From Eledone cirrhosa (lineage: Eukaryota), in NCBI GenBank assembly GCA_964016885.1, contig OZ024741.1, positions 59,024,001 through 59,088,000 of the forward strand: DNA of 64,000 bases, given 5' to 3'. Shown here in pieces: positions 40,201 to 52,317 of this stretch (its first letter is position 1; every line of letters begins with the position of its first letter). The position numbers were made by a program, and so were the translations under genes. The notes below the pieces were generated by a model that saw nothing but the letters and a program-made list of their open reading frames with translations, made no database searches and was not told where the DNA came from.

Positions 40201-40936
40201 GTGAGATAGCAGGCAAACTAACAGGTAGGGAAAACTACATATGCAGTAGATGTACAGGGAAAGTTGGCAGTAGTAATCGTAGTGATAGACACAATTTTCC
40301 AATGCAGGGTTCTATAGAAGTGGTTGATAGCTTCCGATAGCTAGGTGATCAGATTAGCATGGGAGGGTGTGTTCAGAGGCCATAGTATCTAGAATAAGGA
40401 TGGGTTGGAAGAAGTTTTGGGAGCTGCTTCCTCTGTTGACAAAGAAGGGTTTCTCCCTGTGTGCGAAAGGACGGTTATATGATGCCTGTGTGAGATGCGC
40501 AATGCTGCATGGTAGTGAGACAAGGGCAGCAACTGCAGAGGATATGCAACGGCTGGAGAGAAATGAAGCAATTATGCTCCGTTGGATGTGCACTATCAAT
40601 GTGCATGAACGACCAAGCATAGACGAGTTGAGAAAGAAACTGGGTATAAGATGGATAAGTTGTGGTGTGCAGGAGAGAAGGCTGAGATGGTATGGACATG
40701 TGATGTGCATGGAGGATGACCGGTGGGTAAAGAAGTGCCAAGAAATCCCAGTAGAAGGAAGACGCAGTAGAGGTAGACCACGAAAAACATGGGCGGAGGT
40801 GGTGAGAGCAGACCTCAGATCGCTGAGACTCACCGAGGAGATGATGAAGGACCATGACAAGCGGAGAGATGCTGTGCTGAATAGGACCCGTCCAACTCTT
40901 GCAAGCAGGGAAAAGCAGACGTAAAATGATGATGAT
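37270..40936 (+). mobile_element. Near full-length degenerate RTE LINE, subfamily C (APE + RT)
   Basis: 5'UTR motif ggcaactcgtctaggagag; APE (TLNVGTL, VQEVRW, SAYAPQ, SQIDFLL); RT (YADD); many stops; ends directly in tail plus (GAT)n. Confidence 0.9.
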
Positions 40937-41232
40937 AGATATATATATATCATCATCATCACCGTTTAACATCTATCTTCCACGCTAGCATGGGTTTAGA
41001 TGGGAATTGTCCCACTTGAGGCAAGATTGGTCGGGTGACCGTGTCTCGCTTGTATAGGACTGCCTGGCATGTTTTCTATGGTTGGATGCCCTTCCTAACA
41101 CCAACCACGTTTATATATATATATATACACATATACATATATATATATATATATCATCATCATCATCTTCGTTTAACGTCCATCTTCCACGCTAGCATGG
41201 GTTTTATATATATATACATATATATATATATA

Positions 41233-42203
41233 CTAACAGAGGTACCCGGCGTTGCTCGGGTATTAAATAGCAGTTATGTATACCATTTATGGTATACATA
41301 ACTGCTATTTAATACTGTATAACTGCTATTTAATACTGGTATACATAACTACTATTTAATTCAGTGCTGCTTCGAAAACTATACTTTTACAAAATCATCG
41401 GCTTTTTCCAAAAGGGGGTTCCTGCTCCCAGGGGTCCCCTACTTAATATGTGCCAATTCTAAGAGTTCACATTCATCTGTAGAACAAACGTACCCCATGT
41501 GTCAAGTTTTGTGAAAATCGGTTGCGAACTCCAGAAATTATGACGTTTTGTTGCATTGCACTGCAGTGCTCCAGTCGTCTTCAAGGAAATGGTTAAAGGG
41601 GGTTATCTGCCGGGCGGCTCTATAATCAATATCTGGAAAAATGAAAGTTCCCATGACCATCCGGAGTACATAAGTAACCTATGTCTTAAGTTTGGTGAAA
41701 ATACTGTCGAAATGCATATGGTTTACACACACGTGCGCGCGCGCGTGTGAGTGTGTGTTTGTGTGTGCATATGTATATGTATGTCCGTCGGCGCATACGT
41801 ATGTACTGGCCTAAATCTTCACTATTTACTTTTACTATTTTAAGGCAAAGTTAAAATCCGTCGAGGTTAACTTTGCCTTTCATCCATACGGACGATAAAA
41901 TAAAGTACCAGTAATGTACTGAGTTATTGATGGCCTTGTGCCAAAAGTAGAAACAACTATTTTAATAACCTCTGTCATTTTCGTTTACAATTTTATTTAA
42001 ATCATTCTTAAACTCCGGGGCTGGAAATCATTCGGTTATTTTAAATAGAATATTAGTCTAACGACTCCATTTATACCATAAACTTGGTTTTGTCTTTGCA
42101 TGAAATTGTTCTTCTCGTTCCACATAACGACGTATTATCCTCGCTTAATAGATTTAACTCTTACTGGAACGCTGCACAAACACACACACACACACACACG
42201 CGT

Positions 42204-42297
<94 letters not shown>

Positions 42298-42659
42298 TAA
42301 TTAGTTATAGCATTCCTTCCCCTCTTCCACTGTCATGTATCAAACACAGCGTCTGTCGCTCTATCACTCTCTCTCTCTCCCCCGCTCTTTTAGTCTGTCT
42401 GTTTCTTTCACTCTCACTCTTTCTTTTTCATTTTTATAGATATACATTTTTTCTGTGCAAAGTCGTACCTATATTCAGTTTTATAGATTTTTCACGTGGG
42501 CAAAGGGGGAATCGATCATTGGCAATGTCGTACCGACCTGCCCTGGTAAGTTTGTGGTTGATTACAAAAAGAATTTTGAAAATCGGCCTTGCAGATCAAA
42601 AGTTGCTGCAGAACAGACACACACACACACACAGACATTTTCATTTTTATAGATATAGA
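41233..42659 (-). mobile_element. Non-autonomous Helitron-like element
   Basis: Minus strand starts A|TCTATAT and ends with hairpin CCCGAGCAACGCCGGG then TTAG|T (CTAG variant); internal (CA)n and a SINE fragment. Confidence 0.6.
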
Positions 42660-42668
42660 TATATATAC

Positions 42669-42731
<63 letters not shown>

Positions 42732-43322
42732 TTTTAATTATTTATTTAATTTTATTTATTTATTTATTTATTTAATTACATTTAATTATATCTTATATTA
42801 TATTATTTTACTTTAGTCTATTTTATTTTATTTTAGTTTACCTTATTTTATCTTATTTTATGATTATATTATATTATGTTCTATTTTATATAATTTTAAT
42901 TTTAATTTTATATTATTTTATTTCATTCCTTACCCTGTATCACTAATATCTGTATATTTTATATTTTATATTTTATATGTAAGTTTGTTATATATATATT
43001 TTTTTATATTTTCTTATATATATTATAAGTCTGTTTTTCACCTATTTTTTACCTACTCTTACCTAATCCTATCTATCTTATCTACTCTTGTCTGTTCTCT
43101 TATCCATGTGTATGCTTGTATGTAACTATATGTTGACAGCACCCCGCCCAACTGTGACTGATAGCACCCCTTATTTTTCATTGTTTATTTTATTATTTTT
43201 ATTTTTATTTTTATTTCTATTTTTATTCTTATTTTTACTTTTACTTCCTTTATCTTCTATTATTTTTCATTCTTCAATGTCTTGGATTTGTTATTGCTTG
43301 TGTGGTATGTAATTAACCTTTA

Positions 43323-43368
43323 TGCTCTGATGAGTCCCACGTATAGTGCGGATGAAACAATGTTAGCA
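43323..43368 (+). ncRNA. Minimal hammerhead ribozyme in 5' pLTR
   Basis: TGCT-CTGATGA-GTCCcacgtatagtgcGGAT-GAAAC-aat-GTT-AGCA; quasi-palindromic stem III AACAATGTT. Confidence 0.8.
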
Positions 43369-43577
43369 AGTAAAGATATGCATATGCTATAGGCGTTCTT
43401 TGTTATTTATTATATCACGGCTCTGTCCTCAGACATCGAGCTAACCTTATACTGCCTGCTGGATAAGTGGAGTGTTATACACCCCTGATCCTCTCCCTAG
43501 TATACTATACGGCTCCCACTGGTTGAGCTTAAACTTTGATATACGTGGATTTGTGTCCTTGTATATTATCAGGCAGT

Positions 43578-46063
43578 ATGCTAACAAAGACATACTTACC
43601 CATTTCCTTGAAGAATATTCCCACCCTAAAATCTCATATGAGAAATCACTGATAACTAGCATAAACTCATTCGTAAAACGTGTTCGGTGGCGTGCGTTCC
43701 ATTTTGATAAGAAGTATGATAGCCCGGAAGAGAGGCGTAGTTTTAATAATTATGGATTTAAGACTTATAGGAGCCCCCCGCATAATAGCCTGTTGGATAA
43801 CTTCGAAAGTGAGCTATTATCCCTTGTTAGGAATATTAGATATAAAAAATCTAGATGTACCAATAAATTTCAGAGTAAACTAAGTTCAATCGTTAGGGAC
43901 TTTAGGGATAATAAATCCATTCTGGTCCCCTCTGACAAAACTAAAAACTTATATAGTATGGATTATAAAACCTATCGAGGCTTCATTTATAATGAACTAC
44001 ATAGGAACTACAAAAAAACAACGCAGAGTAATTTAGATAATATTAATCTGGAGGGGTATAACATAGTGGTAAAACTAGGTCTGGATAAACACACTCAGCC
44101 TTATTACCCCAAGCAGCCTAGATTCACCCTCAAGGACCACAAGGAAGATTTTATTAGCAGACCCTCAGTTAGGCTTATCTGCCCCTCCAAGTCTGACCTG
44201 GGGATTATTAGTAAGGGAATCCTGGATAGCGTTATTCCCCTGGTTAGAGAAAAAACTTTCCTTGAGCTTTGGGGTAACACTAGTGAAGTCATTAGGTGGT
44301 TCTCTACGGATTGTGGTCGTGACTCACTCAAATTCATCCAATTTGATATTGATGCTTATTATACATCTATATCTCCTATTATCCTCAATAAGGCCCTCAT
44401 CCTAGCCATGCAGAGGGGGGCAATTACAAGGCCACAGATAGATATTGTTCTCGCTGCACGTAAAACCATTATCATGTTTGAGGATAATCTATGGACGAGA
44501 AAAAACACACCTGATAATTTTGACATTACTATGGGGTCGAGTGACTCTGCTCAGGTCACCGACTTAGTTGGGCTATACCTCCTCAATGAACTGCATAGTA
44601 ACTTCCCTTTCCTTAGGGGCGGGTTGTACCGGGATGACGCCCTACTCTCCATAGATACTAGTAAGTATAATATAGTGCGCATTAGGAAAAAACTGCATAG
44701 TTTTTTAAAAACCTTTAACCTATCCATTACTATGGATATAAATGATAGAACTGTGAACTTCCTGGATGTTACATTAGACTTGGATAACCATACGTACACA
44801 CCGTACCATAAGCCTAATGAATTGCTGACTTACGTGAATACCAACTCTAACCACCCTAGGTCGGTCATCAGCGGTATACTGAAGGGCGTATCTAACAGAA
44901 TAAGTTCACTCTCACATAGTGAGGAGGCGTTTGACTCGCAGGCTGATTACTATAATGATGCCTTAGCTAGATCCGGCTTTAGGGACAAATTGTATTACAC
45001 CCAGGGAAATAATAGTCCTAATAGTAGCTCTACCAGTGTTGTTATAACACATAATATGTCCATTGGTAATGGAGGTGTCGTGAATGGGAGAGTTCTAAAT
45101 GCCGGTGGAATGAAGCAGCAGGGCACCATTAGTCTAAGTAATAGCAATAGAGGTGTCGCGAATGGGAGGTTTCTAAATGCCGGTGGAATGAACCAGCAGG
45201 GCACCATTAGTCTAAGTAATAGCAATGGTAGGCCTCGCAGCTCCCCGCATAGACTAGGTGAGCATAGTAACCGTAGAAATAATAATGCTAATAATAGTGA
45301 TGGAAATAGAAAGAATAAAAAGAATAGAAGAAGATTGAATACATACTTCAACCCCCCTTTTAATTCTGAAGTGGCTATAAATATTCCTAGGGCCTTCTTC
45401 TCTGTGTTAGAAAGGAACTTCCCTCCTGGTAATAGGTACCACTCTATCCTCAATAAGAATGTTGTTAAACTTTCGTATTCTACAACCCAAAATCTGGCCT
45501 CTCATCTGGCCATTACTAATAATAAGAAAATAAAGGAAGGCCTAGACAACCTAAGCCTAGGGGAAAACACGGTAGTGGACAGAGTGGGCCGAAACACAAG
45601 TGGTGATCATTCTGAGAATAGCATCACCAGAAGTTGTAACTGTAGAAGGGCTTCAGGCTGCCCCCTGAATGGTTTCTGCCTTGTTAGAAACATAGTTTAT
45701 GCGTGTGATGTGGTAACTACGGCGTCCACTAAAACCTATATAGGATCAACCTCCACCCCCTTTAAGACCAGGTTTAACTCTCACCAATGCACTTTTAGAC
45801 ATAATAAACTGAGGAACTCCACCTCCTTGGCAGCGTACGTCCACAATTTAAAAAATGCACGAACACATTACACACTTACTTGGCGGCAGGTTGCTAAATC
45901 CCATCCATATACTCCTCATAATAGAGTATGTAACCTATGCCTTGCCGAATCCCACTCTATTATATTTGCTAAATGCCCTCTACTAAATAGAAAGTCAGAA
46001 ATATTTTCCTCTTGCCCCCACCGAATATTAAGCTCTTTCTTCTACTTTAAACCTATTAGCTAG
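43578..46063 (+). CDS. Penelope-like RT + GIY-YIG endonuclease (probable ATG at 43578 with a 1-nt frameshift near 43625; open frame from 43472)
   Basis: FDIDAYYTSI, ITMGS, LYRDDAL, VNFLDVTL, YHKP; Cys linker CNCRRASGCPLNGFC; IVY..TYIGST..RFNSH; CNLC..E..LLNRKSE..CPH. Confidence 0.9.
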
Positions 46064-48224
46064 CACTTCCTTATTTCTCCAGTTGGGCTATCTTGTGTAA
46101 CTGTCTCTGATTGTGTGTAACTGTCTCCTATTGTTTGTCTTCTATGTATATGAGTCGGTGAGTGTATACGTATGCCTGCGGGAGGATATTGATCTGGATA
46201 TTGGGGTGTACAGGTGAGTGGGTGTGTATGTTAATAAGCACCCCTGTTTGGCACAGCGGATGTAACCCATCCACGCTCGCCTACCCACCATTGGTGCATT
46301 GGTGAGTCTATCCTGACGTGTATCTTGTGGATCTGTACCTCTGTATGCGCATGAGTTGTGATGTAATGTATCTACGTAGAGCGTGTACTGTGATATAGGC
46401 TGCACTAATAGAAATTTAGCCTGTAACTGTGGGCGGACCTGTGCCAACTCGCCGTAAGCAGTAGATACGTGGCGCATGTACATGTTGCCCTCCTATTCTG
46501 TGGTTTAAGATCTACAGGCTGACTTCTGGGAGCTCTTGCCCGGGGTTGTAGTCTTTCTAGCACGATCGGCCTTCCATATATTGACGGTCGTTGTTATGAT
46601 CCCGAAAGTAACGTTTTGGCCCCGATAGCCCTCCGTAGTTACTAACGGTCTGTGTATACTTAAATCGGGCAATGGCACGTGCGGACATGATTATCTCCGT
46701 AGGAATTCAATTTTATTTTACTACATCTCATCGTATGTATTTATTTTGAATGTATTATCCGTGGTGGTGGGTCTTGCCTAATGTGGTATTTCTGTGTTTA
46801 ATATCAGCTTTGACCCGGGTGTCCTACGCTGTGTGTGTGTCGTGTGTGTCTGTGTATACATTTATGTGTGTATGGGTGTAGGTGGTTGTATATGTCTGTA
46901 TATAAAAAAATATATATATATGTATACCGTCTCTGCATATGCATGTGGTGTGTATATGTGCATATACGTGCTGAACATATTGGTGTGTATAATCTTGTGA
47001 TGTCCCAATGCGGTGACTTCATGGCTCTTGAAGCTATTTTTTTATATATCTTTTGTCTTTTTATATATCTTTTGTATGCGCTCCAACTGTGTCTGCTTGC
47101 TTTGGCTAACCCGCCTGCACCTCGCTTTCGGCCTCTTGCTACTGCACGTGAATTCTCCTACCTTCCTTCGATGCACCTCTGTTTGACCATTGGACTCCTG
47201 CCCGGGTGTGAACCGGTTTGTGATTACCCCACCGCTCAACTGTGTGAATGCACACCCGTGACTTTCGAGTGAACTTTTGAGACTGCCCAACCTGGGACGC
47301 CTCCATTGCCTTGCAATGGTCAAGTGATACTGGTGACTGTGACACTTAGTGCCTTCGTGGGCCCCTGATATTTTCAAGAAATATATTCTAAAAAAATGGT
47401 CAAGTGATACAGATAACTGTGACACTTAGTGCCTTCGTGGGCCCCTGATATATTCAAGAGATATATTCTAAAAAAATATATATCTTATCTCAATTTACTT
47501 TATTTTATTTTATTTTATTTCATTTCTTTTTATTTAATTTTATTTATTTATTTATTTAATTTCATTTATTTATTTATTTATTTACTTATTTATTTATTTA
47601 TTTATATATTTATTTAATTTTAATTTTAATTTAATTTATTTATTTAATTTTATTTATTTATTTATTTATTTATTTAATTACATTTAATTATATCTTATAT
47701 TATATTATTTTACTTTAGTCTATTTTATTTTATTTTAGTTTACCTTATTTTATCTTATTTTATGATTATATTATATTATGTTCTATTTTATATAATTTTA
47801 ATTTTAATTTTATATTATTTTATTTCATTCCTTACACTGTATCACTAATATCTGTATATTTTATATTTTATATTTTATATGTAAGTTTGTTATATATATA
47901 TTTTTTTATATTTTCTTATATATATTATAAGTCTGTTTTTCACCTATTTTTTACCTACTCTTACCTAATCCTATCTATCTTATCTACTCTTGTCTGTTCT
48001 CTTATCCATGTGTATGCTTGTATGTAACTATATGTTGACAGCACCCCGCCCAACTGTGACTGATAGCACCCCTTATTTTTCATTGTTTATTTTATTATTT
48101 TTATTTTTATTTTTATTTCTATTTTTATTCTTATTTTTACTTTTACTTCCTTTATCTTCTATTATTTTTCATTCTTCAATGTCTTGGATTTGTTATTGCT
48201 TGTGTGGTATGTAATTAACCTTTA

Positions 48225-48270
48225 TGCTCTGATGAGTCCCACGTATAGTGCGGATGAAACAATGTTAGCA
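48225..48270 (+). ncRNA. Minimal hammerhead ribozyme in 3' pLTR
   Basis: Identical to 43323-43368. Confidence 0.8.
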
Positions 48271-48314
48271 AGTAAAGATATGCATATGCTATAGGCGTTC
48301 TTTGTTATTTATTA

Positions 48315-48369
<55 letters not shown>

Positions 48370-48404
48370 TCATCATATATATATATCATCATCATATATA
48401 TCAT

Positions 48405-48437
<33 letters not shown>

Positions 48438-48440
<3 letters not shown>

Positions 48441-50327
48441 TCATCATCATCATCATCATCATCACCGTTTTACGTCCCTTCTTCCACGCTAGCATGGGTT
48501 AGCATGCTCATACAGGGACTGATCTGGCTTGATTTCTACAGCTGGATGCCCTTCCTAAAACCAACCTCATTTACAGTGAGTGCTGGGTGCTTTTTCGTGG
48601 CGCCTACACGTCCACTTTACAGTGTGGGTTGGGTTTTTTTTTTGCCGTGGCACCTCCACGACCACCTTGCGGTAGGTGGTATGGGGGCATATTGTCTATA
48701 TGCTTCAGCTTGTACCCATGGGAGGTCGGGTACTCTGTATTACTGCGTGACGCCAGAAGTCACGGTCGTGTGTCATTGTCTTTGAGAGGTGTAATTGGGT
48801 AAGGTCGGCTTTTATCACCTCATCCCAGGTCATCTTGGGTCTCCCCACTCCGCGGTTTCCATCAACTTCTAGTGCTCTGCACCTTATTATGCAGCTGTCA
48901 TCCTTCATATGCATCACATGTCCATACCAGCGCAACCGCCTCTCCTGCACACAGCATTTGATTCCTCTTATGCTCAGTCTCTCTCTCAATTCATTTATGC
49001 TTTGTCGTTCACGTATATTACTGTTACACATCCATCAGAGCATGCAGGCTTCGTTTCTCTCTAATCTACGTAAGTCTTCCACCTTCAGCGCCCAGGTCTC
49101 ACTACCATGCAACATCGCTGTTCGTATACACGCATCATACAGTCTGCCTTTCATTCTGAGGGAGAAGCCTTTTGCAGCTAGCAGTGGTAGTAGTTCCCTA
49201 AACTTCTTCCATCCCGTTCTTACCCTAGTTATTGTACTTTCTGAACATCCACCTCCGTTGCTAATTCGGTCACCTAGGTAGCAGAAGCTGTCTACTGTTT
49301 CTACAGGGCCCTCCCAGAGATTGGTGGTACTTGTTTCCTGTGGCTGTTTGCTGCTTGCTGTCTCAGCACAGCTGCTGCATGTGAATCCTAAATTCTTAAT
49401 TAAGCTTCCTGAGATCCCGCTACATCTCTTGTGTACCCATTGTTTGCATTTGGGGCAGAGAATGGAGTTCCTACCTACACCTTTCCTACATACTGAGCAA
49501 GGCCATTTCCCTGAGGGGATCTGGGTTCTGTTTTTTCGTCTACTTACAAGGACCTTAGTCTTTGTCATGTTGACTTTGAGACCCTTTCTTTCTAGTGCCT
49601 GCTTCCAAGTTTGGAATTTCTTCTCTAGTTCTACCATAGATTCAGCTATAAGTGCGAGGTCATCAGCATACAGGAGTTCCCATGGGCATCTGGTCTTAAA
49701 CTCCTCCATTATTGCCTGCAGGTCTATGATGAACAGGAGAGGGCTAAGAATAGAGCCCTGGTGGACACCAACCTGTACGCTAAATTCCTCGCTATACTCA
49801 TTGCTAATCCTAACTTTGCTGACTGCTCCCCTATACATGGCTTGTACCGCTTTCACAAGCCATTCATCTACTCCTAGTTTTCTAAGAGCCCACCAGATTA
49901 CAGCACGTGGAACTCTGTCAAAGGCTTTCTCAAGGTCGACAAATGCCACGTAGAGTGGCTTACTTTTAGCTAGGTACTTTTCCTGTAATTGCCTCACGAG
50001 GAAGAGGGCATCAGTGGTGCCTCTTCCTGGTACAAACCCAAATTGCATCTCGTCTATTTTCACCCGGTCCCTAATCAGCTGTGCTATAACTCTTTCTGTT
50101 ACTTTCATGACCTGGTCCATCAACTTTATACCTCTATAGTTTCCTCTATCTAGTGCATCGCCTTTACCTTTGTAGCAGTTGACAATGATGCTACTGCACC
50201 AATCTTTTGGTATGGCACCTTCTAGTATTACCTGGTTAACGATACGTGTGGTTATAGTGTGACCTACAGACCCAGATGCCTTCAGCATCTCGGCAGCTAT
50301 ACCCGATGGACCGGTTGCCTTCCCCAT
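48438..50327 (-). mobile_element. RTE LINE subfamily B, 5'-truncated
   Basis: RT ORF 49035-50414 (YADD) plus 48705-49031 separated by one stop; 3' UTR and (CAT)n. Confidence 0.93.
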
Positions 50328-50448
50328 CATATATATATATATATATAAATTAGTGGAGCAAGCAATTATCAAATAATCTTTTAGTAGGTACCTAGTGCCT
50401 GTTGGAATATCCATACCCTTTTATATATATATATATACTTATATATAT

Positions 50449-50740
50449 GGCACCTCCACGGCCACTTTCTCACTGCAAAGTGGTCGTGGATGTGCCATGG
50501 TAAAAAAGCACCCAGCCTACACTGTAATGTGGACGTGTAGGCGCCACTGAAAAAAGCAACCCAGCACTCATTGTAAATGAGGTTTGTGTTAGGAAGGGCA
50601 TCCAGCTGTAGAAATCAAGCCAGAATCAGTTCCCGTATGAGCAAGGCATGGTCAGCTGACCGGACACTGCCCACAACAGGACAACCCATCTAACCCATGC
50701 TAGCGTGGAAGAACGGACATAAAATGGTGATGATGATGAT
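50449..50740 (+). mobile_element. 3' part of SINE / RTE-B tail
   Basis: Matches 17210-17478 and ends in (GAT)n. Confidence 0.75.
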
Positions 50741-51871
50741 ATATATATGATACAGTCATACAGACACCAAACTCATATGGATATTCTTCCATACGTGTAT
50801 AGGAAAATTGTGTAGTTTTGACACATACAATAACTTGGCTCCAATTCTTTGCCTTAAACAAGATTTGGATGATAAATTATATTCCTCGTTGTGCTTCCAG
50901 AATTATAAAATTGGAAATAAATTCTACTTGGGTTCCTGACTTTTAACATTACCCAGAAAATCACACACAAACACACACACATATACACAAAAATTTCATA
51001 TTAACTTGTACAAAATATGTTTGTTACACATTTTACCAAACACTTATTTGTAACTACTTGAAGGAAATTCTGTGGCTGGCATTGAGTCTTTAAGTACAGA
51101 CATGTGTGTCTCCAATTGATTGCATTATATAGATCTGAGAACCATCCAAAGATTTTGAAGGAGAAATAAATTCAATTTCTCTCTGCTCTTTCTGCAATAT
51201 TTCAGTGAAGGTATAAAATACCAGGCTGTGTGAATAAATAAAGAAAGAAGGAAAAGAGATTGACAGAGGGAGAATATGGAAAGAAAGAAAATTCAAAATG
51301 GTTGCTGTGGTAGCAATATTTCTATGCAAAATTAGATTTTGTTTATATATATTTAGAAAAAAGTTGAAAGAGGTTATGGCACAGCCTGCACCTTACCAAA
51401 AATTGAACATGTATGTTAATGTAATAAAAAAATAAATAAAATAAATGAAAACCGTAAAGCAAATTATGAGAACATAAATATACATAATTCTCAGGATAGA
51501 ATTTTTTTTTTTAAATCAACAAATCTTGTAGCTAAATATGATCTGAGGAATTATCTACCATTGTTATTAAATAGCAACAGGTTCGCTTCTCGTTATTTTA
51601 GACCAGAAAGCATTATTGATAAATGTATATGAAAAAATAAAATGCAAACTTATACATAATTAGTAATGAGTACCCTACCTGTTGCTAAGTAGTATGGTTA
51701 CAGGTTTGGCTAAAAATATCAAACACCCCTGCGATCTATTGCAGTCAAATAGATAAATATCGCATGGAAAGTTGGTTGGGAGGGGTGTAAATATACATTG
51801 ATAGGGTATTGTATTATCTTTCCATATTCTTGTAGTTCAGCTATAAATTTGAACTCTGTCTATAGCTTAAA

Positions 51872-52080
51872 CCAGTGGTTCCCAAACTTTTCTTTCAATT
51901 ATGGTACACTTTAGAAAAATAATAATATTTTGGTGCATTTTGTACCTAAATTTGCAAGTTTATTCAAAAGAGGTATTGAAGCATAAAGTATAAATTATTT
52001 GCATATAGCATAAAATAGAAATAGATAATTAAAAATACAGAAAAATTATTTGTGCTGCCTTCTTTACTCAATATAAACAG
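51872..52080 (+). mobile_element. hAT-type MITE fragment
   Basis: Starts CAGTGGTTCCCAAAC; homologous diverged copy at 54283-54710. Confidence 0.5.
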
Positions 52081-52317
52081 TTGGCATCTACACATTTTGC
52101 CTATGTATCCTATCAACATCTACACAATGTGTTTACCTAACCAGTAACCATCTACACACAGTCTATATACCCAATCAATATCTATGTCACAGGTTTGCAA
52201 AGTGGGTACTGAAGCCTAAGTGGATAGTGGAGGGCAGTAGAGATGATATAATAGTATATTAAATAGCAAATGATACATATATATCAATATAGTAAAATAA
52301 AAAAATATATTTATTTA

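Larger units (their letters stand above)
42738..48316 (+). mobile_element. Penelope-like retroelement with ~680-bp direct repeats (pseudo-LTRs), period 4902 bp
   Basis: 42738-43415 repeated at ~47640-48316; internal RT + GIY-YIG ORF; HHR in each repeat; both ends in (TA)n. Confidence 0.93.

Noticed and set aside
41260-41350. Perfect 26-bp-arm palindrome with short duplications
   Set aside because: Looks like a local snap-back repair scar inside the Helitron; no functional motif
43088-43312. Duplicated hydrophobic 74-aa ORF (also 47990-48214)
   Set aside because: T-rich low-complexity pLTR sequence with a TTG start; duplicated as part of the repeat
47315-47476. 80-bp tandem duplication in the Penelope 3' region
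   Set aside because: Simple local duplication; no ribozyme core or ORF
49321-49953. 210-aa plus-strand ORF and similar recurring ORFs (MLILTLLTVSLY..., MLCRSRILLL...)
   Set aside because: Antisense shadow frames of RTE RT; they recur only because the LINE is repeated
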